IMG/VR virus record: IMGVR_UViG_3300036859_000764
Span: 1 to 51,590 of that record
From: a virus
Lineage: Duplodnaviria; Caudoviricetes
DNA length: 51,590 nt
Strand: one strand, 5' to 3'
Below the pieces are notes generated by a model that saw nothing but the letters and a program-made list of their open reading frames with translations, ran no database searches and was not told where the DNA came from. The first letter of the stretch is position 1; each line of letters starts with the position of its first letter. The translations under genes and the position numbers were made by a program. This document shows positions 43,790 through 51,590 of this stretch, in pieces.

Positions 43790-43975
43790 ATGGCTACTCT
43801 GCTCTGTCCCGCCTGCGGAGTCTCCATCGAACCGCAGTTGCACCGCTGTCTCCGCTGCCGTGCGCGGTTTCGCGCGCTCGCCCCGCCCGCCCGTTGCCCT
43901 CGATGCGACTCCCGGTACTGGCGCGTCTCTCGAGGGACGCTGCGGCGCGGCCGGCCGCCGATCGCGCGCGGGTAG
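43790..43975 (+). CDS. Zn-ribbon protein, 61 aa
   Basis: CPAC, HRCLRC, PARCPRCDSRYW, RRGRPP; abuts the previous stop. Confidence 0.7.
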   Translation: MATLLCPACGVSIEPQLHRCLRCRARFRALAPPARCPRCDSRYWRVSRGTLRRGRPPIARG

Positions 43976-44007
43976 CATCCGACTCGGGAGACCCGCTCTG
44001 AAACGCC

Positions 44008-46785
44008 TTACCAGCCGTCCGTGACGCCGACCAGGACCTCGGCCGCCTCGACCTCGCTCACCCAGGTGGACCAGTTGTCCCGCTTCCGGATGATCCGCGC
44101 CACCACCTGAGGCCCGCCGAGCATAGTCGTCCGGTTGAGGCGGACCTTGTCGCCGATGATCAGGTTCATGGCCGAGCCCTTCGCGGCGAACCGGAAGCGG
44201 TACCGCGGCGTCGTGCTGTTGACGATCAGCTCGTCGATGTAGGCGACGCCGCCGGGCAAATACGTGCGGAACGACTTGCTCTTGTCGCGGCCGAGACGTA
44301 GCTTGGCCGCCCCGCAGAGCGCGGCAAGGGTTGGGTTGGAATGGGTTTCACTCACCGTGCCGGAACGCATTTGCCCGGTGCTGGGATCCTGGTCGCCCTC
44401 GACCCGCACGATGCACGCAAGGTCGTCGTCCTCGACCCAGCCCTCGAAGCTCAGGAAGTCCCGGTCGTAAAGGTCGAGTATGTTGGCGGGAATCGAGTTG
44501 TCCCGCTTGCGAAAGAAGAACCGTTCGCCGTCGTGGAGCATCTCGATACCGTTGCTGTTCTCCACCCACTCCACGATCTGGCCGAACTCGTGCACCTCGT
44601 CCCCGATCACCCCGAGGTACATCGAGAGCTCGTCGGCGCCAGAGCGCACCGCCACGACGGAGGCCAGGTCGATGTCCGCGGCCGGGACGTTGAACACGCG
44701 CTGCAGGATGAAGTTCAGGATGTCGCCGGGCAGCACGATGGGGCTGAGCGGCGTACCCGTGTAGTCACCGCCGGCGCCGTCCACGTATCCCTGTGTGGAG
44801 CAGCGGACGACGTGGTCGGAGTCGACGTCCAGGAAGATCGGGTCGTCGGCGGTGTAGGCGAGGGCGCCCGTCCGGTCGGTGTTGCCCGTGAACCCCAGCA
44901 TCGGCCACAGCGAGCGGTCGCGGTTCGCGGCCGCCGAAGTGAGCCGGATGTTGAAGGTCGTGGCGGGCGCGGTCTGTGTCACCGTGATCTTGTGGGTGCT
45001 GTTGCTGTAGGTGACGGTATAGGTCCCCCCAGCCGCATCCAGCGCAGTTTTCACGGCCTCGACAAGATCGGTGATGTTGGCCCCGGTCGCCGGATATCGA
45101 CCCGCGGCCACGACCGCAAGGAGCGCCCCTCCACCCTCGTCGAAGTCGAGGAGGTTGTTTTCCCCGGTTACCACGACGCGCGGCTTGACGTCCTCAAGGA
45201 TCTCGAAAGAACCGGCGCTGAAGTCGACCGAGTCAATCGTGAGATCGACCTTGGCGGCAGGGTCCTCCTTCGCTGCCGACTGCTCGTCCACGTACGACTG
45301 CAACGTCAGGAAGAGGAAGCCAGCGTAGGTCGGGTCGAGCAGCTCGTAGATCCCGTAGCCGGTGGTTCCGTCCTTGTCCACCCTCGCCGGCCGGATGTGC
45401 TGCATGTCCGAGGAGAAGATGAGGGCCCGAGGCCGCCCCTCGTCTACGACCGCCATGTTTGTGAACTCGTCCGGATCGAGGGTCTTGTTGGGCAGTAACT
45501 CGTTGAAGATGGATCGCTGGTCGTCGAGATCGAGGAGCGCCTCGCCGTCGCGCACCGTGACGCGCCGGATCAGCCACCGCTTGACCTTCATCCCACCGGC
45601 CAGGATCTCGTTGCCGCCGCCGGCGAAGCGACCGCCCAGGCTCACGAACAGCTCGCGGCTCGTCCATTCGTAGGCGCCGAAAAGCTCCTCTGCCCAGCCC
45701 TCGCCGTTGAGGATCCGCAGGGCGCCATGACCGATGGCCCAGCGGTCGAAGAAGATCCCCAGCCGGCCCTCGTCGACGGTCGGCAGCGACTCGATGTCCA
45801 GGCGCGGCTCGTGGTACTCGTGGCGATAGACCCGCTGCAGCTTGATCCCGTCGAACCAGACCCGGCCGAATCCACCTCCCGCAGCGGCATCGCATCTCAC
45901 ATAGAGGCGCATCGCGAGGGTCGTGCTGGGCGCGATGGCGTAGAAGGCAAACCGCTGCCACTCGTCGTTGGTGTTGACTAGCAGCATCTGTTGGGCGGTG
46001 GCCACTACCGAGCGCCCGTCCTCGGCAAGGAACTCGCTGGCCCCGGTCCCCTTCAGGCCCAAGCGCGCCGTGATGCCAGGGGCATTGGCGTGCTCGGTCC
46101 GGTACCAGCCCGAGACGAGATACTCCGCCCCCGCGATCGTGGCCGGGGCATTCGCGTCGTTGTCGATTCGCAGCCTACCGCCCGGGTCGAAGAACCCCTC
46201 GAGACGCGCCGCGAATGCCCCCTCCGCGACTATCGTCGCATCCTTGTTCAGCGAGGCGCCCGTAGCCAGGGAGCTCGTCGTGGTCCAGTTCGTGAGGGCG
46301 GTCGGCGAGGACCAGACGTTGAGACCGCCGTCGGTGAGCTTGTCGGGCCCGAGTGTCGGCTGCACCACGCCGACGGTCCCGACGTAGAAGCCGAAGATCG
46401 CGAAGACCGGTTGATCGCCGGGGTCGCTGCTGTCGCCCAGGCGTACATAGAGCAGCGAGGCGGCGCCCGCCTGCGGATCGAAGAAGAACGTCCCGGCGAC
46501 GACATCGGCGATCGCTTCGACCCGGGTGAGCGTCTCGTTGCTGAGCCGGACCTGGACGACGTCGAGGCGCCGGCCGCGGAAGACCTCGTCGACCGCGAAC
46601 GAGGACTTGTAGACGCTCCCGCTGTGGACATCCCAGAACGCGATGAGCTTCGCCCCGCGCAGCTCGACGAAGGCGTGCTTCTGGCAGTCGGACTCGCGGG
46701 TGAGGACATCGAAGGTCCGGAGTCCGCTGCGCAGCCCGAGCTGGCCGTGCCCAATCTCGGAGGCTGTAGGCGCGAGGAGGGGCAT
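44008..46785 (-). CDS. Tail tip/hub protein with carbohydrate-binding-like insertion, 925 aa
   Basis: Last gene of the tail module; CBM4/9-like segment (KLTDGGLNVW...VWFDGIKLQRV); C-terminal LIIGDKVRL barrel pattern. Confidence 0.75.
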   Translation of the reverse strand: MPLLAPTASEIGHGQLGLRSGLRTFDVLTRESDCQKHAFVELRGAKLIAFWDVHSGSVYKSSFAVDEVFRGRRLDVVQVRLSNETLTRVEAIADVVAGTFFFDPQAGAASLLYVRLGDSSDPGDQPVFAIFGFYVGTVGVVQPTLGPDKLTDGGLNVWSSPTALTNWTTTSSLATGASLNKDATIVAEGAFAARLEGFFDPGGRLRIDNDANAPATIAGAEYLVSGWYRTEHANAPGITARLGLKGTGASEFLAEDGRSVVATAQQMLLVNTNDEWQRFAFYAIAPSTTLAMRLYVRCDAAAGGGFGRVWFDGIKLQRVYRHEYHEPRLDIESLPTVDEGRLGIFFDRWAIGHGALRILNGEGWAEELFGAYEWTSRELFVSLGGRFAGGGNEILAGGMKVKRWLIRRVTVRDGEALLDLDDQRSIFNELLPNKTLDPDEFTNMAVVDEGRPRALIFSSDMQHIRPARVDKDGTTGYGIYELLDPTYAGFLFLTLQSYVDEQSAAKEDPAAKVDLTIDSVDFSAGSFEILEDVKPRVVVTGENNLLDFDEGGGALLAVVAAGRYPATGANITDLVEAVKTALDAAGGTYTVTYSNSTHKITVTQTAPATTFNIRLTSAAANRDRSLWPMLGFTGNTDRTGALAYTADDPIFLDVDSDHVVRCSTQGYVDGAGGDYTGTPLSPIVLPGDILNFILQRVFNVPAADIDLASVVAVRSGADELSMYLGVIGDEVHEFGQIVEWVENSNGIEMLHDGERFFFRKRDNSIPANILDLYDRDFLSFEGWVEDDDLACIVRVEGDQDPSTGQMRSGTVSETHSNPTLAALCGAAKLRLGRDKSKSFRTYLPGGVAYIDELIVNSTTPRYRFRFAAKGSAMNLIIGDKVRLNRTTMLGGPQVVARIIRKRDNWSTWVSEVEAAEVLVGVTDGW

Positions 46786-46789
46786 GCTC

Positions 46790-48631
46790 CTAGTCGAGTG
46801 CCTCTACGAGCTGCAGCGGGATGTCCCAATAGGGGAACCCTGTGGACATGTTGAAGCGAGCGGGCTCCCGCCGGAACACGAAGTTGATGTCGGTGGGCGC
46901 TCCGGTGGGATCCCAGGCGATGAAGAAATTGGCGCCGGCCTTCATGGACCTGGCGAGCGTTTCGAACAGCACTCGGTCGGCGTCGAGAACTTGGCTCCAC
47001 TCGAGTTGCCAGATCCAGCGCTGCGGGCGTTCGTCGCGGAAGTGGCTCCCGTGCGTCCCGTACGCGATCTCGCTCAGCTCGTCGAGCACCTTGCTGAAAG
47101 CATCGCTGTGACAAAATGCCGGCGCAACGTAGGTACCGAGGTCCCAGATTCCCACCTCGGAATAGCCGGCCTGGTTCGTGGGGTCGTCGATCACCAGCCT
47201 CCACCAGCGCTGCGACGAAGCGCTCCAGTATCCGAGCCTCTTCTCCGCATCCCCGGTGAGGACCTGGGTAAAGGCAGGCGCAATCCAGACATCGGCGGCA
47301 TTGCCCTGAACTTCCAGGACGCCCGCGGAAGCACCCGCGTTGTGATCGAGCGCAACGCCGAATGTCAGCGCCGCCGCCGCCCCCAGATCGACCGTCAGAG
47401 AGTGCGAACCCTGGTACACAGCGTTTTCGGCGAGATAGCTGGAGGCGCCGAGGTGGTCCGACGAAACGGTGAAGCCGAGATCCTTGAAGGCAGCATTGAC
47501 CTTGAGGATCCCCGTTGAGGTGTAGAGCGTGACGTTTCCGGCGCCGGAGGTCCGCGCGAGCGTGAACTGGTGGGTCGCGCCATCGTAGGTTGCGGTGACG
47601 ACGTCGGTCCACGTCGGGGCGGTCGTGGCGTCGTTCGCGGCCAGCGAGGGATAGCGCTGGCGAAGGTAGTAGGTCAGCTTCCGGCGTTGTGCCTCGGTCA
47701 GCGCAGTGGGCCAGACGATGGCCTCGACGATGTATCCCTTGAGTAAGTCTGTGGCGGTGGACCCAAGCCCAAATGGCGCGCCGAGAATGTCCGCATGGAG
47801 CGCTCCGGTCATCGCCGTGTTGGCTGCCGCGGCGTCGTCCGCGTCGTCGGCAAACGCGCTCAGGTTGGTCTGATCGTATCTCCACCAGCCGTGGTGCCAA
47901 TTCGCTACCGCCGCGCCCGGTGTCTTGTTCGCGAGCTTCTGCGATGAGTCGAACGCTTCGGCTCTCAGGTTCGCGGAGCCGGTCCAGTACAGGGCGGCGA
48001 AGTGCCCGCTCGATCCGGCACTGAACAACATGTCGTTGGCCGAAGCATCGGAGTCCAGCCGGAACACGATCACGACTGTCCCGACACCGTTCGCTCCGAG
48101 GAACGCGCTCATGTTCGCTGATGAGGGCAGGTTCTGACTCGCGGTGACGCCATCGAAATACATCCCCGGGCGACCATCGAGCGCGTTCGCCACCCAGAGA
48201 GGACGCAGCCCAGCAGTTGCCTGCGTGCGGTGGCGTCCGTTCCCGCTGAGATCGGTCAGCTGTGAGACCTTTCCATCCGCGTCGAGCACGACCGAATCGG
48301 CGCGCCACCAGCCGGTGGTGTTCAGGGGATTCAGCGGGCTCGCGCCGGCCGCGGCCATCGCCGTGGTGACGGCCGTCGCGTAAGCCGCGCCGGTGGCGTA
48401 GTAGCCGGGGGCGATGTGCGCGACCCGCGGGTTCAAGTCCGAGTTCGTGAGGAAGTGGATCTCGTCGCGGAAGCCGCGGACCACGGTCCAGCCCGTCTTG
48501 CTGCGCCAGACCTTGCTGCGGAGCTGGTCCTTCAGGTTCGCCGCGGGAAAGCCGACCTCTTCGCTGGAGGCTGAGATGATCGTCCCGCCAGCGCGAACGG
48601 AGCTTGGGTAAAGGAATCGCGGGATGGCCAT
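46790..48631 (-). CDS. Distal tail-like protein with inserted LamG/ConA-like domain, 613 aa
   Basis: TGATG coupling to the tape measure stop; FPAANLKD...KVWRS; WWRADS...LTDLSGNGRH...LKGYIVEAIVWPTAL. Confidence 0.75.
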   Translation of the reverse strand: MAIPRFLYPSSVRAGGTIISASSEEVGFPAANLKDQLRSKVWRSKTGWTVVRGFRDEIHFLTNSDLNPRVAHIAPGYYATGAAYATAVTTAMAAAGASPLNPLNTTGWWRADSVVLDADGKVSQLTDLSGNGRHRTQATAGLRPLWVANALDGRPGMYFDGVTASQNLPSSANMSAFLGANGVGTVVIVFRLDSDASANDMLFSAGSSGHFAALYWTGSANLRAEAFDSSQKLANKTPGAAVANWHHGWWRYDQTNLSAFADDADDAAAANTAMTGALHADILGAPFGLGSTATDLLKGYIVEAIVWPTALTEAQRRKLTYYLRQRYPSLAANDATTAPTWTDVVTATYDGATHQFTLARTSGAGNVTLYTSTGILKVNAAFKDLGFTVSSDHLGASSYLAENAVYQGSHSLTVDLGAAAALTFGVALDHNAGASAGVLEVQGNAADVWIAPAFTQVLTGDAEKRLGYWSASSQRWWRLVIDDPTNQAGYSEVGIWDLGTYVAPAFCHSDAFSKVLDELSEIAYGTHGSHFRDERPQRWIWQLEWSQVLDADRVLFETLARSMKAGANFFIAWDPTGAPTDINFVFRREPARFNMSTGFPYWDIPLQLVEALD

Positions 48632-51183
48632 CAGCGCCTCACCGATCCCGTCTTGATCGGCAGCCGGCCGGACTCGTTCATTCGAATGATGGCCTCGCCT
48701 ATGGAGCGGCCGTCGAGTAGCACGGTCGCTTGCATCTGGGATCCGCCGCCGGTGCTGGCCATGGCGAGGCCTACCGCCTTTCCGACCGCGGCATCGACGA
48801 TCGCGCCGAGCTGGTCTCCACGGAGGACGTACTCGGGGTTGGCCTGCGTCCCGTGCAGCATGGCCGGGACACCCCACTGCGTGATCTTTCCCCAGCCGGT
48901 GGCGAAGTCTTCGCCGCGTCGGCGACGTCGACCGCCTCCTTCCTGAACGCCCGGCTTGTTCTCGCCACCGCTCAGGATGTCGTCCGGATCGTTCACGTGG
49001 ACGTTCACGTTCACGTCCTTGTCTGGGATCCCCAGCAGCGCGTTCACCAGCCTCTCGATCTCTTTGATCAGCTTGCCGATCCCCTCGGTCAGCGTCTCCG
49101 CGAAGTGCAGCCCCTTGTATTCCTCCTCGGTGAACGCCTCGCCGTTCTCATGGACGAGCTTTCCCTGTTTGTAGAGTTCGTCGATGATCGGCCTCATCGC
49201 CTCCGGGATCGTGGCGCCGGCCTTGATCGCGGTGTTCACGTACTCGTTGATGGTCGGCCCCATGCGCTCGATGATGGCCAGGTGGTCGATGCCGGCGGCG
49301 TTCAGGAGCTGCCAGTCCTCGAAGAGCTGCCCGAACTGCTCGTCGAGCTTCTGCTGCGAGAGCCGCGGGCCCAGTTCGTCGATCGTGAACCCGTACCGCT
49401 CGATGGCTTCGTTGAGCTTCCTCTCCGCCTCGCCCTGGAGATCGAAGGCGGCGGTCAGCTCGTCGATCGCGGCCTGGTAGTCTTTGACGTTTTTCGCGTC
49501 GAGGAGGCGGTCGAGGGTGAGGCCGGCTTTCTGGGCCGCCTTGTCCAGCTCGGTGATCCCGCCCGCGGCGGCTACGAAGTCGTCGCGCAGGTCGTTGACC
49601 TTCTCCCACTCGCTGTCGGTGAACAGGCTCTTGAGGGTGCCGATCACGACTGACAGACCGGAGATGCCGGCGCGAATCATTCCAAAAAGATCCCTCTTCG
49701 CGAAGGCAGACATGAAGTCGCCGGCCGCGTTGGCGATGTTGGAGAAGCCGTCCGCGAGCTTCACGAAGAATGAGTCGGCGTCGCCACCGAGCTGGACGAA
49801 GATGTCGCCGACGGTCGTGAGGGAGGCGCCCAGGTCCTGTAAGCCCCGCGCGATTCTCTCGCGGTGTTCCTCCTGTTCCTTGGCCGTGTCCTCGAGGGCC
49901 TTCTGTCCGGACTTGATTCTCTCCAGCATCTGTTTGGCGCGATCGGACGCGATGCGCTCTTGGTTCTTGAAGAAGTCCTCGAGCGATTTGTCGGCTGCTT
50001 TGGTACTCGCTGCAATCAGCAGGATCAGCTTGGTCTCGTCCTGCGCGGCCTTCTTGGCCTGCTCCGCGATCTTCGCCAGGGCCTTGGCCTCGCTCTCGGC
50101 GTAATTCGTGGCCAACCTGGTGCCTGCGATGAACTCGTCGTGGTCGGCCTTCAGCGCCCTCAATGCGGCCTTGCGATCGATGAGCCCCCTATTCCCGGTG
50201 TCCAGACCGTTCGCAAACTTCTGTAGGTTGCCAGCAGCGACGGCAGCTTGGTCGCTCTGCTCTCTCATCTCGGCGGCCGCGGCGTTCAGGTTCGTAGCGT
50301 AGGACCGCAGGAATTCCGCCTGTTCCCGATACTGCTTCCCGACGATCGGCAGCTTTGCCAGCTGCTCGAAGAGTGCGGCCAAGAGATTTGCAGCCGACGC
50401 CGTGGTCTCGGCGAAGATGGCGCGCGCCTCACCAAGGGCGATCACCATGTCGACACCGAACAGCTTCGCGAGCGCAAACCCGACCTCGACCAATCCGGAG
50501 AAGGGCTTTTCCGCACCGACCACCTGACCGATCAGCTTCCCGAGTCCCTCCTCGGCCTCGTTCATCGCGTTGTGCATCTGCTGGAGAGAGCCTGTGTAGG
50601 TGTTCGTGGCCGCGGCAGCCGAACCACCGAACCGTTTCTCAAGCTGGGCGATAACCGCGTCGAACTTCTGGTGCTTGTCGAGGCTCTGGTCGACGATGAT
50701 CCCGTAGCGGCTCAACGCCGTCGTGTTCCCAGCGTAGGCTTTCCCGAGCAGGTCAATCGCTGATTGCAGGTCGCGTCCGGTGGCCGCGGCGAAGTCCGCC
50801 GCTGCGGCGGTCGTCTTCTTGATCTGCTCCTCGTTCATCCCGAACGAAGCGAGGGTGGCCATCCCAGCAACAACGACCTCGTCGCTGAATGTAGTGGTCT
50901 GCTGTAGCGCCGCGGCGTACTCCTGGAGTCGCTCGCTCGTCCCGCCGACGAGATGGCCCTGGTTCGCCAGCGCCAGGTTGAGCTTGTTGATGGCCGCCTC
51001 CTGCTCGGCCTGGGCCTTCAGCGCATCCGTTACGACGTCGAAGACCTTTGTCGCGACCTCGTAGGCCACCGCCAGAGAGAGGACCTGCGTCTTCGTCTTC
51101 TCGATCGAGTCGGTGACTTGCTTGAAACCGGCGGCGGTCTCATTGCGGGCCCGCAGCAGGATTTCGAGGGCTTGGTCGGCCAT
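48631..51183 (-). CDS. Tape measure protein, 850 aa
   Basis: LEILLRARNET start, long Ala-rich helical protein, C-terminal PAMLHG...EYVL and VLLDGRSI. Confidence 0.92.
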   Translation of the reverse strand: MADQALEILLRARNETAAGFKQVTDSIEKTKTQVLSLAVAYEVATKVFDVVTDALKAQAEQEAAINKLNLALANQGHLVGGTSERLQEYAAALQQTTTFSDEVVVAGMATLASFGMNEEQIKKTTAAAADFAAATGRDLQSAIDLLGKAYAGNTTALSRYGIIVDQSLDKHQKFDAVIAQLEKRFGGSAAAATNTYTGSLQQMHNAMNEAEEGLGKLIGQVVGAEKPFSGLVEVGFALAKLFGVDMVIALGEARAIFAETTASAANLLAALFEQLAKLPIVGKQYREQAEFLRSYATNLNAAAAEMREQSDQAAVAAGNLQKFANGLDTGNRGLIDRKAALRALKADHDEFIAGTRLATNYAESEAKALAKIAEQAKKAAQDETKLILLIAASTKAADKSLEDFFKNQERIASDRAKQMLERIKSGQKALEDTAKEQEEHRERIARGLQDLGASLTTVGDIFVQLGGDADSFFVKLADGFSNIANAAGDFMSAFAKRDLFGMIRAGISGLSVVIGTLKSLFTDSEWEKVNDLRDDFVAAAGGITELDKAAQKAGLTLDRLLDAKNVKDYQAAIDELTAAFDLQGEAERKLNEAIERYGFTIDELGPRLSQQKLDEQFGQLFEDWQLLNAAGIDHLAIIERMGPTINEYVNTAIKAGATIPEAMRPIIDELYKQGKLVHENGEAFTEEEYKGLHFAETLTEGIGKLIKEIERLVNALLGIPDKDVNVNVHVNDPDDILSGGENKPGVQEGGGRRRRRGEDFATGWGKITQWGVPAMLHGTQANPEYVLRGDQLGAIVDAAVGKAVGLAMASTGGGSQMQATVLLDGRSIGEAIIRMNESGRLPIKTGSVRR

Positions 51184-51256
51184 GGCTTAGGACGCTCCCG
51201 AGAGCATCACAGATCGGGTGGCCTGGGGATTCAGGCGGCGGTAGACTCGTTGCCTT

Positions 51257-51454
51257 ATGAGCCTGACCAAGCCGGCCGGATGCGCGCTGCAAGTCCTCGG
51301 ATTGGCGCTCCTCTGTGGGGGCTGCCTCATGGTGAGCAGCGCCCTACATCCAGGCAGCGATTCAAGCTCCATTCCGGGGTTCATCGTCCTGCTGGTCGGC
51401 GCCGCGATGATGGCGTCGGGCGGGATGCGGGCGCGGCAGAAGCCTCCGGCCTGA
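51257..51454 (+). CDS. Moron: 65-aa two-TM membrane protein
   Basis: Two hydrophobic helices; TAGACT -10 box at 51242-51247; antisense, between the chaperone and tape measure genes. Confidence 0.6.
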   Translation: MSLTKPAGCALQVLGLALLCGGCLMVSSALHPGSDSSSIPGFIVLLVGAAMMASGGMRARQKPPA

Positions 51455-51463
51455 CGCGCGGGA

Positions 51464-51590
51464 GGTAGCCCCACTCGGAGCGCAACACGTCCACCGCCTC
51501 CACGATTTTGTGGTCCTGATGCAGCATGCCTCCGGGCCGCGGCCATTCCGGGGTGCCGCTTGGGTGGCCTGATCGAAACGGCGTCGTGGC
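51464..51590. repeat. 127-bp exact terminal overlap (copy 2)
   Basis: Identical to 1-127. Confidence 0.95.

Noticed and set aside
1-51590. CRISPR array, diversity-generating retroelement, retron, tRNA or intron
   Set aside because: By eye I found no repeat-spacer array, no reverse transcriptase motif, no template/variable repeat pair and no cloverleaf; a dedicated scan was not possible.

Overview
The window is a complete, circularly assembled genome of a GC-rich temperate long-tailed (siphovirus-like) dsDNA phage. Bases 1-127 are identical to 51464-51590, so the unique length is 51,463 bp. The host is probably diderm, judged from a lipoprotein, a beta-barrel-like protein and an SLT endolysin. 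Almost all genes are on the minus strand. An early operon starts at a consensus promoter near 41500 and carries many small genes, an outer-membrane-barrel-like protein, a dual-frame C5 DNA methyltransferase, a putative annealing protein with SbcD/SbcC, DUF5131, an HNH nuclease, a replication initiator and DUF1064. A late operon starts near 25000 behind a structured leader and terminator, then runs through lysis genes, a papain-like peptidase, an accessory fibre module, terminase, portal, a fused protease-scaffold-capsid gene, neck, tail tube, a frameshifting tail chaperone, tape measure and two tail-tip proteins. A tyrosine integrase and a Xis-like gene are present, but I found no canonical CI repressor and no Q-type late regulator. 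The most striking observation is the fibre module at 14236-18507, where three virion-fibre-like proteins carry Sec or lipoprotein signal peptides and even numbers of cysteines, implying export before assembly. All family assignments come from motif recognition by eye; no searches were run.
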